Origin: a virus
Lineage: Duplodnaviria > Caudoviricetes
Direction: 5' to 3' (one strand)
IMG/VR virus record: IMGVR_UViG_3300028833_000068
Span: 1 to 64,000 of that record
DNA length: 64,000 nucleotides
Shown here: positions 24,422-35,025 of the stretch, in pieces
Layout of the letters: each line of letters opens with the position of its first letter
Numbering within the stretch: position 1 is the first letter of the stretch
Made by a program: the position numbers and the translations under genes
The notes under the pieces: model-generated
What the model saw: the letters and a program-made list of their open reading frames with translations, nothing else
Database searches by the model: none
What the model was told of the DNA's origin: nothing

Positions 24422-25324
24422 TCAAATTAGTTTACCAATTCTAGATATATATTCTTTTTTCATTTCGTCCAATGCTTCTCCCTCAAGTTGTCTAACTCTT
24501 TCTGCTGTTAGTCCAAGTTTTACCCCAATTTCCTCTCGTTCGTATTCTCTTTTGAGACCATTGTCATCATAGAGACCAAAACGCATCTTAATGATTTCTT
24601 TCTTCCTAGGTGAAAGTTTATACAATAATGAAGATACCAACTGCTTATTGAATTCATCGTTTTCCTTATTGATATATTCATTATGTGAAGCACTCACACG
24701 GTTATAATCAGCCATATCGCTTCCTTGATAATTTTCGTCATCATTTGCTTCGCCCAAGTCAATACTTGCATAATGAGTAGCAATCAAATCAGTTTTATCA
24801 TTGATGTCCTTCTTATACTTTGTGTTGACAATCTCAAGGAGTTCTTCTGGGGTTGGAGTTCTTTCAAACTCTTGCAAAAAGTCATTTGTTGCCTTTGAAA
24901 TAACATGGAATGTCTTTGAAAGGTTTGTCTTTCGTACCAATTGATTGTCTCCATTGTTATAGTTATTGATTGCACGTAAAATGTACCACATTGCATAACT
25001 AGCAAACTTAGTACCAACTGTTATGTCAAAACTATCAATTGCTTCATTTAAGCCAAAATTTGCCTCATTCACATAATCCATCAGTGTATCAGTTGTTGCC
25101 CATTTCTTGGCTGCTGCTACTACCATGCGCTGATTACATATCATGATATATTCCTTTGCAAATTCTCTCTCTTCCTTCGTTCCGTGATGAAGCTGATTGA
25201 ACCATGCGACTTCTTCTTCCCTTGTGAATGTAGGAAAATCCTTAATATCATTATAGAAACGAGTGGTGTTTTCTGAGCGGTCTACAAGACCAGTCTCTGC
25301 TTTAAGATTAATTACAAGTCCCAT
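24422..25324 (-). CDS. sigma-70 family RNA polymerase sigma factor
   Basis: NQRMVVAAAKK, GLNEAIDSFD..GTKFASYAMWYI, region 4 LGLTAERVRQLE. Confidence 0.93.
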   Translation of the reverse strand: MGLVINLKAETGLVDRSENTTRFYNDIKDFPTFTREEEVAWFNQLHHGTKEEREFAKEYIMICNQRMVVAAAKKWATTDTLMDYVNEANFGLNEAIDSFDITVGTKFASYAMWYILRAINNYNNGDNQLVRKTNLSKTFHVISKATNDFLQEFERTPTPEELLEIVNTKYKKDINDKTDLIATHYASIDLGEANDDENYQGSDMADYNRVSASHNEYINKENDEFNKQLVSSLLYKLSPRKKEIIKMRFGLYDDNGLKREYEREEIGVKLGLTAERVRQLEGEALDEMKKEYISRIGKLI

Positions 25325-25342
25325 TAAAAATTTTTATTGATT

Positions 25343-25882
25343 TTATTGTTTAACATTGTTTTTCTTTTTCAAAATAACGCTTGTCTTATTGCCATCATCC
25401 CTTGGCGCTGCTTCTGGAACAGCAACGTCTTCTAACAACACAATAAACTCAAGAATTGATTTCTTATTTTCCTCCCTTCTAGAGAGTTCTCTTCCTTTCA
25501 TGGAAAGAATGACTCTTACCTTACTTCCATCCTCAAGGAACTTTCTAGCACTATTTGCCTTTGTCTCCAAATCGTGTTTAGCAATATTCACACTAAGTTG
25601 GATTTCCTTTAATGGTTTGGCAACTTGCTTGTTTTTCTTTGCAGACTTCTTAAGTTCATAAATCATTTTTTCATAATTGCAGATACGGATGATAGGGGTA
25701 TCAAGTTTGCCTTGAATCTCCACCAAGTCTAAATCAATACTTTCAGCAATTTTTCTTGCCTCTGACATTGGTACAATCTTGCTTTCAATGTCATTACCAA
25801 CGATTCTAACATTTCCATTGAATCGAATTTCATCGTTCACTCTGAACTTTGAAGAGAAATCATCTTTCTTCTGTTTTGCCAT
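25343..25882 (-). CDS. infC: translation initiation factor IF-3
   Basis: RVNDEIR, LDLVEI, KEIQLSVNIAKHDLETK, KVRV...KGRE. Confidence 0.95.
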   Translation of the reverse strand: MAKQKKDDFSSKFRVNDEIRFNGNVRIVGNDIESKIVPMSEARKIAESIDLDLVEIQGKLDTPIIRICNYEKMIYELKKSAKKNKQVAKPLKEIQLSVNIAKHDLETKANSARKFLEDGSKVRVILSMKGRELSRREENKKSILEFIVLLEDVAVPEAAPRDDGNKTSVILKKKNNVKQ

Positions 25883-26240
25883 TCTTGCTTTCTAAATCTT
25901 TTATTTTCTTTTCTAACTTTTCAATTTGTTTTTCTCGCATAACAATGCTGTCCTTTTCCATACTAAGGACTAACTTCGCATAAGACAATTCCGTTTTTAA
26001 TTGTTCAAGAGGAGGCTCTTGATTCCTCATCTTTTCAGCCTCTTCTTCAGTCTTCATCGCATTTTCCAAGAATCTAATGGCAGACTTACCCTTTAATGTA
26101 GGAATAGGCTTGCCATTATCTATTGCTAATGCTGATGGTTCTTCATCATTATCAGTTGTAAATATACTGAAATCTTCTGATTCAGCCAAATTATTTTTCT
26201 TAAATTTCCTTAAACGTTTACTCATACCTCTTCTTCCCAA
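25860..26240 (-). CDS. hypothetical protein
   Basis: ORF track. Confidence 0.65.
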   Translation of the reverse strand: MGRRGMSKRLRKFKKNNLAESEDFSIFTTDNDEEPSALAIDNGKPIPTLKGKSAIRFLENAMKTEEEAEKMRNQEPPLEQLKTELSYAKLVLSMEKDSIVMREKQIEKLEKKIKDLESKNGKTEER

Positions 26241-26590
26241 ACCATATCGCTGTCCTTTGCCTTGTACTTTGTTGGCTTCACACCTTCAAACACCTTCTGA
26301 TGCAGCAAAGTTTCAATTAGATACATATTATCAGACACATAATGATAGGTGTCCAACATGTATTTTTCCACATCATCTGGATATGCTGCCCCATCTGCAT
26401 CTTCCTCAGTACCCTTAATTGCCTTGTCCTTTAATCCAAGAATCATTGCTACATCATCAAGAATATGCGTCTGCATTGTCAGCATTACATTCTTGTTAAT
26501 GGTGAGAACATCATCATCCTTGTCCTCAATGTTTAAAAATCTGACCAATTTCAAATGGTCTTCTGTTAGGTTTAAATGTAAAATTGCCAT
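26222..26590 (-). CDS. hypothetical protein
   Basis: ORF track. Confidence 0.75.
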   Translation of the reverse strand: MAILHLNLTEDHLKLVRFLNIEDKDDDVLTINKNVMLTMQTHILDDVAMILGLKDKAIKGTEEDADGAAYPDDVEKYMLDTYHYVSDNMYLIETLLHQKVFEGVKPTKYKAKDSDMVWEEEV

Positions 26591-26614
26591 AAATTATTTC
26601 TTTTTATTCTTATT

Positions 26615-27220
26615 TTAGTATCTTCTATGCCCATTCTTCTTAAATCTTTCTTCTGCTTCAGCACGTCTTTTCTTAACCATCTCACGATATGCCTCTCTAT
26701 CAACTTTCTTAACTTCTTGTTCCTTAATATATATTTCAATCAATTCTTCATCTCTAGATTTCTGAAAATAGTCATATATGGTTAAATCAAGGTCAGTTAT
26801 ACAATTGTTGAATATCTCTAGAATTTTATCCCTATCTCCATTACCGTCAAATCTACTTGCCCCTAGTAATGTACAAGCAACTCTCTTGCCTTTATATAAA
26901 ATATTAACAAGTTTCAAACATTTTTCAAGAGATTCATATGAAAGATAGTCTTTTTGTAAATCTGGTCTAAAATTACCCTTCACTATGAAGCACAAGCAGA
27001 ATGTTGGTTCATTATCTGAAGTACATTCCAACACAGTCCCCAATTTGTTGGAATCTCCATATTTAGTTTCAAGATTTTTATTATAAACATACGGATAATT
27101 AAGCATTACTTTCAGTTGAATACCTTGCCCCATACTATGGTACAAATTAGTACCAACTAATGTGACATCATATTCACTAAAATGGTCATATAAATCTACA
27201 TCTTTTATTACATTAATCAT
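26615..27220 (-). CDS. macro-domain (ADP-ribose) protein
   Basis: DL..., GTN...MGQGI, YESLEKCL, LGASRFDGNGD resemble Poa1p-like macrodomains. Confidence 0.65.
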   Translation of the reverse strand: MINVIKDVDLYDHFSEYDVTLVGTNLYHSMGQGIQLKVMLNYPYVYNKNLETKYGDSNKLGTVLECTSDNEPTFCLCFIVKGNFRPDLQKDYLSYESLEKCLKLVNILYKGKRVACTLLGASRFDGNGDRDKILEIFNNCITDLDLTIYDYFQKSRDEELIEIYIKEQEVKKVDREAYREMVKKRRAEAEERFKKNGHRRY

Positions 27221-28299
27221 TATTTGAAATGTTCTTGCTGCTTAAGCTGCTTCAACAACTCTCGCTCAGTGTCATTAAGATTCTTTGGTGTAATGATATT
27301 TACAATACCAATCATATTTCCAGCATTACCAATGCTTGTACCATATCTTGGTAAACCATAACCCTTGAATCTAAATATCTGCCCACTATTAGTTCCTTGA
27401 GGAATCTTGGTCTTGATGGTCTTACCACTTAAAGTGCCAACCTCAACCTCACAACCCAATATTGCATCTATCGCTGAAACCTCTAAGTTACATACCAAAT
27501 CTCTACCTTGAACCTCAAATATTGGGTGTTCCTTAAATTCAATAACAACAATTAAACTGCCATTCTGTCCTTTTCCATGAGGAGCTGCATTACCAAGTCC
27601 ACTATATTCTATCTGCATACCATTTTCAACACCCCTAGGTATCGTAAACTGGACCTCAGAATTTGAATTTTGAACAACACCATAACCATTGCAATGAGGA
27701 CAAGGATTCTCAATTACATAACCCTTACCACCACAAGTTGGGCAAGTTTGCTGCATGGACATAAAACCATGCTGAGAAAATGCCATTCCAGTACCGCCAC
27801 AAGTCTTACAAGTCTTCTTACGACTGTTGGTGGTCATACCACTTCCATTACAATGCTTACAAGGCTCATTCCTCTTTATCTTAATCTTCTTGGTGCAACC
27901 ATTTAATACCTCCTCAAGAGTCAATTCCACCTTAATTCTAATGCTGCTCCCCCTCTGAGGCTGCTGTGGCTGAGAATTGAAACCAAAACCACCCATGCCA
28001 AAATGACGCAATATGTCATCCATATTCATCCCGCCAAAATTAGGTCCTGAAGAATGGAACTCAAACGTGGACTTTGGATTGTCATATTCCTTACGCTTAT
28101 CAGGGTCTTTTAACGTCTCATATGCTTCTGAAGCTTCTTTGAACCTTTCCTCTGCCTTCTTCTTTTCAGCTTCGGACTTTCCTTGCTGTTTATCTGGATG
28201 TGCATCCAATGCAATCTTTCGATACGCCTTCTTAATCTCTTCGTCACTAGCATCCTTCTTGACACCAAGAATCTTGTAATAATCTTTCCTTTCAGCCAT
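27220..28299 (-). CDS. dnaJ: DnaJ chaperone
   Basis: J domain with HPD, G/F region, 4 x CxxCxGxG. Confidence 0.97.
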   Translation of the reverse strand: MAERKDYYKILGVKKDASDEEIKKAYRKIALDAHPDKQQGKSEAEKKKAEERFKEASEAYETLKDPDKRKEYDNPKSTFEFHSSGPNFGGMNMDDILRHFGMGGFGFNSQPQQPQRGSSIRIKVELTLEEVLNGCTKKIKIKRNEPCKHCNGSGMTTNSRKKTCKTCGGTGMAFSQHGFMSMQQTCPTCGGKGYVIENPCPHCNGYGVVQNSNSEVQFTIPRGVENGMQIEYSGLGNAAPHGKGQNGSLIVVIEFKEHPIFEVQGRDLVCNLEVSAIDAILGCEVEVGTLSGKTIKTKIPQGTNSGQIFRFKGYGLPRYGTSIGNAGNMIGIVNIITPKNLNDTERELLKQLKQQEHFK

Positions 28300-28300
28300 A

Positions 28301-28512
28301 TTATTTTCCCTTTATTCTTATATATTCTAATAAGTCATTAATATCTGTAAATACCTTACCTAAATAAGGCTCTTCAACCTTCTCATGAGTGAAATATATT
28401 ACCTCAATACCATGCTCCTCGCATAACTGCTTCTTGAGTTTGTCACGAAAAATTATCTCATCATGTACTTTTTTTAAACGTTCTATTACTATATCATTTG
28501 TTAACTACCCAT
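28301..28512 (-). pseudogene. internally deleted homing endonuclease remnant
   Basis: LTNDIVIERLKKVH fused to RDKLKKQLCEEHGIEVIYF..., matching the N- and C-termini of the DUF723-type HEGs in this window; start codon out of frame. Confidence 0.65.
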
Positions 28513-28518
28513 TACAAA

Positions 28519-29601
28519 CTAAATATGCATATCTCCCACACTTGCTGTGCCCTTTGCTAACCCCTCAACAAACTCCTTGCGAGACATTTCAAAGACAATG
28601 GTTCCTGCATTAGCTATGGAAATTATTTTCTTATCACCAATGGCTTTCATAATCTGCTTATGATACATTGGTCTACGCATGAACACCTCATTCTTTTTTC
28701 CTTTAAGACCTTGACCATCATCGAAGTCTTCTGTGAACATATTAACAAAGCCACATCCGTCCCAGCTAACAAATTTAAATGAACTGTTTGAGTTGGTCAT
28801 TCCTCTCGAATCATTATGGCTAGCGTCCACATAGAACACTATGTGGTCAACATTAACTTCTCTACCACCAACTATTAATGTTGGATTGTTCTCACAGAAA
28901 TGCTTGATACATTTGCTTATACCACCGATGACTTGGCATTCAATCTTTGTGCTTGCACGAATAACCTCAACTTTTGGGTCTTCTTGATGCTTCTTGTTAC
29001 CGTAGAAATTCATTCCGAAACTGTACAAAAACAAGAGAGTACCCTTTTTAAGACCATTCTTATCTTTCTTCAAGAATAAACCAAGTGTCTTTGTTGCAGA
29101 ACGGTAGCCATAAAAGCAATTGTGTTGCAAGAATGGTCTTGCTTCACTATTGCTTATTTCCCTTACTTCACAATCTCTTGCATAGAATCTATAATGAATT
29201 CTACCACAAGCTGTTCTAATGGTATTCTTAATGACTTCCCATTGTCTACGGTAGTTCTTTTTAAGTTCGCCCTCGTATGTAAACTCTGGAACTTCCATAG
29301 TCATCTCAAAGTCGAAGATCCAAATGGTTCTAACACCATTATCATAGTTCTCATGTGAAATATCTATGAAATAGTTATGTGGTATTCCCTTATGTGTTTC
29401 TCCAAATCGTTTGGTATTATCCATTTGATGGAAGAAGGAATCCACATAGCGCAATTGGGTTGTTCTATTATTGACATAGAACAGCCCAAAAACGTCTTTA
29501 TCTTCCTCAAAGGGGATATCCTCTGAGTTTAGAAAATCTCTAATTTCGCCAACATGAATCCAATCTTGTTCAGTTGGCTCGTACTTAATAGGTTCAATCA
29601 T
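28519..29601 (-). CDS. hypothetical protein with Hef-like homing-endonuclease-related domain
   Basis: RFYARDCEVREI...FLQHNCFYGY, EVIRAST...VIGGISK. Confidence 0.55.
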   Translation of the reverse strand: MIEPIKYEPTEQDWIHVGEIRDFLNSEDIPFEEDKDVFGLFYVNNRTTQLRYVDSFFHQMDNTKRFGETHKGIPHNYFIDISHENYDNGVRTIWIFDFEMTMEVPEFTYEGELKKNYRRQWEVIKNTIRTACGRIHYRFYARDCEVREISNSEARPFLQHNCFYGYRSATKTLGLFLKKDKNGLKKGTLLFLYSFGMNFYGNKKHQEDPKVEVIRASTKIECQVIGGISKCIKHFCENNPTLIVGGREVNVDHIVFYVDASHNDSRGMTNSNSSFKFVSWDGCGFVNMFTEDFDDGQGLKGKKNEVFMRRPMYHKQIMKAIGDKKIISIANAGTIVFEMSRKEFVEGLAKGTASVGDMHI

Positions 29602-29606
29602 CTAAA

Positions 29607-29867
29607 TTAAGCTTCTTTCCAAATAAGTTTGAGTCCGTCTGCATTGAATGACTTCTTGAATACATCTGTAACATTCTCAACTGTTGAACCATCATATACT
29701 TCAACGATGTCATAGTTGTTGTTTTTTGCTTTCAAGTTCTCGTCATATCTCCTCAATGGAGAAGTAAACGCTGTAAAGATAATTTGAAACGCCTTATCAT
29801 TAAATGCTGCTACTGCACCAAAATTACCATTACGCAACTTTACAATTTGATTTTTTTGTAATTCCAT
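29607..29867 (-). CDS. hypothetical protein
   Basis: ORF track. Confidence 0.75.
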   Translation of the reverse strand: MELQKNQIVKLRNGNFGAVAAFNDKAFQIIFTAFTSPLRRYDENLKAKNNNYDIVEVYDGSTVENVTDVFKKSFNADGLKLIWKEA

Positions 29868-30067
29868 AAAATTTTGTTAATTTAAAAACGTTATTTTATA
29901 CTTTTCGCAAAGATATGAAAAAAAATTGAAATATCCAAATTTTTTAAGATAAATTTTCCAAAAATCTGAGAGACTTATTAAAAGCCCCTCAGATTTGCGT
30001 TATTCAACCTTGTCAAGTCAATCTTTAACAAGCTTATCTTCACCGCTTAACGTAAAAAATCATAATT

Positions 30068-30997
30068 TTAATTTTGTTTTATTTCTTTCAATAATTTGTT
30101 TAAGCTATGATATACTTTTTTACCAAGATAATTATCATATTTTTCATTGGAATAATATAACAACTTCACATTATTATCTGAACACAAACTAGCTTTCTTT
30201 ATATCTTTTGCTGTGTTATATTTCAAACCATCATCACCACCGAAATGTTTAAATGACTCAAAGTGTTGTATACCTTGACATTCTATAGCAACATTATATT
30301 CTGGTAAGTAAAAATCAAGCTTCATAGGATTTTTGTATCTGAGCCAATCAAATCCTTTCTGTTCAACAAACTTTACACCATTTTCAACAAGAAAGTCCCT
30401 AGTGCTAGATTCTAGTTTACTCTGAGCACAATGTGGACACCCTTTTCCTTTCATATGGTTATCTGGCGTTTGCCAAAATTCACCGTGCTCTGGACAAATT
30501 ATACACACTTTAGTTTTGTTGTTTTTATACGCCACTTTTGAGTAATCATACTTGTCACCGTGAATTAGCTTGAAGCCATCAATCACATCATTTAAATTCT
30601 TTCTTATGGCTGACGATGATTTTATATATCTACATTTTGGACACCCTTGACCAATAAAATGATTGTCTGGACTAATCCAAAACTCACCATGTTCTAGGCA
30701 TACAATACAAACTTTAGTCTTACTATTGATATAATTTACTTTTGAATAGTCGTACTTGTCACCGTGTATCAGCTTTGCTTTATTTATCCATTCTTCAGTA
30801 GTATATCTATTTCTATATTTAGTACACTTAGGACAACCACTTCCATTCAAATGGTTATTAGGGGTTTGCCAAAATTCGCCATGTTTAAGACAAACTATGC
30901 ACACTTTAATTTGACACCCTTTATAATCTACTTTAGAATAGTCATACTTGTCACCGTGTATTTTTTTCGCTTTATCAATAAATTGTTCTCTGTTCAT
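30068..30997 (-). CDS. homing endonuclease: DUF723-like repeats plus PD-(D/E)XK/Vsr-like domain
   Basis: 3 x HGDKYDYSK repeats; LDFYLPEYNVAIECQGIQH. Confidence 0.85.
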   Translation of the reverse strand: MNREQFIDKAKKIHGDKYDYSKVDYKGCQIKVCIVCLKHGEFWQTPNNHLNGSGCPKCTKYRNRYTTEEWINKAKLIHGDKYDYSKVNYINSKTKVCIVCLEHGEFWISPDNHFIGQGCPKCRYIKSSSAIRKNLNDVIDGFKLIHGDKYDYSKVAYKNNKTKVCIICPEHGEFWQTPDNHMKGKGCPHCAQSKLESSTRDFLVENGVKFVEQKGFDWLRYKNPMKLDFYLPEYNVAIECQGIQHFESFKHFGGDDGLKYNTAKDIKKASLCSDNNVKLLYYSNEKYDNYLGKKVYHSLNKLLKEIKQN

Positions 30998-31077
30998 ATT
31001 AGTTATATTTACTATACATTATTCATATATAATAAATATAACCATATGAAACTTTTTTTAAAGAACTTTAATAAAAA

Positions 31078-32991
31078 TTAATCTTTTATTTCAGTGAATT
31101 CAGCATCTTGAACGTTTTCAGTGCTTGCAGTTGCAGCATCGAAGTCTGACTGCTCAGTTGTCTGCTGTTGCTGCTCTGCACCACCTTGAGCTTGCTGCTG
31201 TCCATACACTCTCTGAGATACTGTTTGCCAAGTCTCATTGATAGTTGCCTCAAGCGAGTTAATCTTGTCAACGTTCTTATCCTTAACAGCCTCTTTAAGG
31301 TCATTTACAAGCCCCTCAAGCTTCGATTTCTCGTCAGACGTAAGATTACTCTCTTGGTCTTTAATAAGCTTCTCTTGGGCAATTACAAGGGCATCACCCT
31401 TGTTGATTGCGTCAGCAGTCTCCTTAGCCTTCTTGTCAGCCTCAGCATACTTCTCTGCCTCAGCCTTAATACGGTTAATCTCATCATCAGAAAGTTTACC
31501 ACTTCCCTCAATACGAATTGACTGCTCCTTACCAGTTGCCTTATCCTTGGCAGAAACCTTCAGAATACCATTAACGTCTAGGTCAAACGATACATCTACT
31601 TGTGGTACGCCTCTTGGGGCTGGAAGTATTCCCTCTAGGTTAAACTGTCCAAGCGACTTGTTACCACTTGCCATTGGGCGTTCCCCTTGGAGTACGTGTA
31701 TCGTAACCACCGTTTGATTATCGCTTGCCGTACTAAACGTTTGTGTTTTTGTACAAGGGATTGTTGTGTTAGCTTCAATGAGCTTTGTGAAAACGCCACC
31801 CATCGTTTCTATACCTAATGCAATTGGATTCACATCCACTAGCAATATATCAGTTGAGCCTTCTCCACCAACGATGTTATTTGCTTGGATAGCTGCACCT
31901 TCTGCAACAGCCAAGTCCATATTAGAACTCTTAAGCAATGTTACGCCAAACTCGTTTGTAAGAGCCTCTTGTACCTTTGGTATACGGCAAGAACCACCAA
32001 TCAAGAGAATGCCATCAAGCTCTTTTGCTTCAATCTTAGCAAGCTCTACAGCCTTCTTAGCACAATTGATAAGCTTGTTAACAATAGGTTCAATTAGCTG
32101 CTCAAACTTAGCCTTTGAAAGTGTCATCTGCAAGTGCTGTGGCACATTATCAGCAATCGTGATATAAGGAATGTTGATGTCAGTAGAAGGAGAGTTAGAC
32201 AACTCAATCTTTGCCTTTTCAACGGCCTCAAGCACACGTGTCATGGCTTGTGAATCCTTTGTGATATCAACTGAACATGTCTTCTTAAACTCAGACACAA
32301 CATAGTCAGCTACTAGCTTATCGATATCACTACCACCAAGGTAAACATCACCATTGGTAGAAAGAATCTCTACCACACCATCAGAAATGTCTGCGACAGA
32401 GTTATCAAGGGTAGAACCACCAAAGTCTACCACCATATACTTACCGCCCTTCTGCATGTCGATGTTAGAAGAAAGAATAGCTGCGGTAGGTTCTGCGATT
32501 ACACGAAGAACATTAAGGCCAGCTAGTTCACCAGCTTGTTTTGTTGCTTGTCTAGCACTGTCGTTGAAGAATGCAGGCACTGTAATCACAGCATCCTTTA
32601 CCTCTTGTCCAAGGTAATCTTCTGCGATTTTCTTCATCTTACCAACGATGTAAGAAGAAATCTCTTCTGGAGAGAATGTCTTATCATCAATTTTCACACG
32701 AGGTTTACCACCTTCGTTAACGATATCGTATTGAACATGCTTAATTGCCTCAGCGCTTTCTTCGTATGTGCTACCCATAAATCTCTTAATGAGGTAAACA
32801 GTTTTCTTTGGGTTAACCATTTGCTGTCGTTTAGCGGCAGTACCCACCTTACGTTCACCTTCATTAATTGAAACTACTGACGGAGTTGTATAACTTCCAT
32901 CTTCATTTGCAACTACAGTGGCTTTACCACCTTCAATTACTGCGACCTCTGACAATGTACTGCCTAGGTCAATTCCAATAACTTTTCCCAT
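31078..32991 (-). CDS. dnaK: Hsp70 chaperone DnaK
   Basis: [41 protein letters not shown]. Confidence 0.98.
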   Translation of the reverse strand: MGKVIGIDLGSTLSEVAVIEGGKATVVANEDGSYTTPSVVSINEGERKVGTAAKRQQMVNPKKTVYLIKRFMGSTYEESAEAIKHVQYDIVNEGGKPRVKIDDKTFSPEEISSYIVGKMKKIAEDYLGQEVKDAVITVPAFFNDSARQATKQAGELAGLNVLRVIAEPTAAILSSNIDMQKGGKYMVVDFGGSTLDNSVADISDGVVEILSTNGDVYLGGSDIDKLVADYVVSEFKKTCSVDITKDSQAMTRVLEAVEKAKIELSNSPSTDINIPYITIADNVPQHLQMTLSKAKFEQLIEPIVNKLINCAKKAVELAKIEAKELDGILLIGGSCRIPKVQEALTNEFGVTLLKSSNMDLAVAEGAAIQANNIVGGEGSTDILLVDVNPIALGIETMGGVFTKLIEANTTIPCTKTQTFSTASDNQTVVTIHVLQGERPMASGNKSLGQFNLEGILPAPRGVPQVDVSFDLDVNGILKVSAKDKATGKEQSIRIEGSGKLSDDEINRIKAEAEKYAEADKKAKETADAINKGDALVIAQEKLIKDQESNLTSDEKSKLEGLVNDLKEAVKDKNVDKINSLEATINETWQTVSQRVYGQQQAQGGAEQQQQTTEQSDFDAATASTENVQDAEFTEIKD

Positions 32992-33009
32992 TTTACTTAT
33001 TATATTTAA

Positions 33010-33294
33010 TTACATTATTTTTTCCCACATACTATCCAAATTTCCTTGTTCATCTTGGAAAGGTTTTCTTTCTCTAAGATTAAAGAGATTTGGTTCTCCG
33101 AATTCCAATATCATACGTCTTCCAAGTTTTGTTAAAACTGGATTCACTTGAATCTCAATAAGGTCTTCATAACACCATTCAAGCTTAATAGACCCATCTT
33201 CAAATACAAGAAGAATATACTTGGAATCTTTTATTTCCGCATCAGCGAGATATATTTCCTTCGCTCTGCCTTTACTCTGCAATATGTGTGCCAA
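33010..33294 (-). CDS. hypothetical protein
   Basis: ORF track, TTG start, upstream of dnaK. Confidence 0.55.
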   Translation of the reverse strand: MAHILQSKGRAKEIYLADAEIKDSKYILLVFEDGSIKLEWCYEDLIEIQVNPVLTKLGRRMILEFGEPNLFNLRERKPFQDEQGNLDSMWEKIM

Positions 33295-33315
33295 AACTCA
33301 ATTTTTTTATAATAC

Positions 33316-33364
33316 TGACAATTTGTCATATGCCACATGTCATGGCGTTACTGACAAAATGGCA
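33316..33364. promoter_or_regulatory. three TG(A/C)CA-N2-3-TG(T/G)CA inverted-repeat boxes upstream of dnaK
   Basis: TGACAattTGTCA, TGCCAcaTGTCA, TGACAaaaTGGCA just downstream of a promoter. Confidence 0.65.
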
Positions 33365-33462
33365 TAACCTTTCTATCTTTTTTGCAAATATACATAAAAA
33401 AATTGAGACTACCAAATAATAGTCCCAACTTTTAATAATCTTTAACAAAAACATTCAAGTAT

Positions 33463-33879
33463 TTAATCATCCTCTGATGGCAGATAGTCATCGATATTTC
33501 CTACGATATGATTCAACTTAACAAGTAGTTCTGCCATAATTGCATCCTCTGTGAGCATTGTAACGTTATTGGTTTCAAGCTTTCCAAGATTAAATCCTTC
33601 CTTGATTCTTTTCTTTGCCACTTCAACTCCAACTTCCTCATCGAATTCATCTGATGGGTGACAAATTGCCATACCTAGTGTTAATGTTCTCTTAAGTAGC
33701 TTAACATCATATGTCAGCTTACCCTTTACGAAAGAACCATTCATAGCTTCTACATCTACTTCTTCGTTAACCTCTGTTTTCTTCCGTGTCTGCTTAAACT
33801 CACCAACGATGGTGACATAATGTTCTTCTCCATTTGCGTCTACAGCCTTGCCATAAACATGAAAGTACTTTGTTCTCAT
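33463..33879 (-). CDS. hypothetical phage protein
   Basis: ORF track; ICHPSDEFDEEVG motif. Confidence 0.8.
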   Translation of the reverse strand: MRTKYFHVYGKAVDANGEEHYVTIVGEFKQTRKKTEVNEEVDVEAMNGSFVKGKLTYDVKLLKRTLTLGMAICHPSDEFDEEVGVEVAKKRIKEGFNLGKLETNNVTMLTEDAIMAELLVKLNHIVGNIDDYLPSEDD

Positions 33880-33902
33880 AACTATATAGTTTTTAATTTA
33901 AA

Positions 33903-34151
33903 TTATTTTTCATAAAAGAATTCAAAACAAGAAATATCTTCACCACTAACTTCATCTTCAAAATACATTCTCAGTGTATATTCTGATATATCATCAATTT
34001 TACTACCATCTTCGAATTTATATAAGACAGCATAATCCTCATCTGCCTTAATAAGATATGTGCGATGGTCTATACCAAGATACTTATTATAAAAATCAAT
34101 TAATTGCTGAAATGTAAATTTCTTATAATTAGGCTTTATTGTTAGTTTCAT
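33903..34151 (-). CDS. hypothetical protein
   Basis: ORF track. Confidence 0.65.
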   Translation of the reverse strand: MKLTIKPNYKKFTFQQLIDFYNKYLGIDHRTYLIKADEDYAVLYKFEDGSKIDDISEYTLRMYFEDEVSGEDISCFEFFYEK

Positions 34152-34155
34152 AATT

Positions 34156-34356
34156 TTAAAACATATTTTTTGGAATCTTCACCTTTCTAACATATTCATC
34201 ATTTCCAATTAGGTCAAGAAATAACTTATTATAAGAAGGAGGAATAGGACCTCCATTAACCCATACTTGCCCTCTAAAACAGATTATTTCACTTCCACTT
34301 GGAATTGTACCATATTGGCATTCAAAAGGTTTAATTAAAACATACTTTTCATTCAT
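34156..34356 (-). CDS. hypothetical protein
   Basis: ORF track. Confidence 0.65.
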   Translation of the reverse strand: MNEKYVLIKPFECQYGTIPSGSEIICFRGQVWVNGGPIPPSYNKLFLDLIGNDEYVRKVKIPKNMF

Positions 34357-34847
34357 AGTTTAACTTTGTTAAGCTTTTCACACATCTCCTCTAAGATGGG
34401 TGACATTATTTTATCCACTTCCTCCCAATCAACGTGTGGCCTATTACAACCATCTAACCATTGATGAGGGCAACCGATATTACGGTCATCAACCGACATT
34501 ACAGCAAAACTCTTGGTCACTTCATTGTAATTTCCCTCATTCTCTTGCATTGGGTTCTTTCTTATACCATATATCTTAACTCCTTTTTCCTCAAGGATTT
34601 TCAATGGTTCTTTTAAGATTTCATCGTGTCTCATTGAATTAAGAATCCAACCAACATTGTATTCTTTAGTCCAACGTTTCATCACTTCAAATGCAAGTTC
34701 ATTAAGGTGCATTTCTCCAGTTTCCCAAGAGGAACACTTTGTTAATGTATAATCCCAATCTACCTCAATTGGAATAATCCATCTACCATCTTCACTCCTT
34801 TCACTGTAATATAATACTTCGTCTATTATTCCATCAAATTTTCCCAT
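34353..34847 (-). CDS. HAD-superfamily phosphatase-like protein
   Basis: VDWDYTL, ILNSMR, VDDRNIGCP. Confidence 0.75.
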   Translation of the reverse strand: MGKFDGIIDEVLYYSERSEDGRWIIPIEVDWDYTLTKCSSWETGEMHLNELAFEVMKRWTKEYNVGWILNSMRHDEILKEPLKILEEKGVKIYGIRKNPMQENEGNYNEVTKSFAVMSVDDRNIGCPHQWLDGCNRPHVDWEEVDKIMSPILEEMCEKLNKVKL

Positions 34848-35025
34848 AATTTTATTTAAATGTTAATTACAATATCTCTTGCTGATAACCAAGCATTTGC
34901 TTCATTCAACCTAGATTGTCGAACTGATTCTTCCATATATGCTTGAAAATCCCTTAAGAATTCTTCACTTGGACTCCAAGGCTCTATATGTTCAGCAATA
35001 TCTTCAAATCCTAACGTTTCTTCCA

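Noticed and set aside
31168-32871. Plus-strand ORFs antisense to dnaK, and similar ones in tyrS, telA and structural genes
   Set aside because: Shadow ORFs produced by codon bias of the real minus-strand genes
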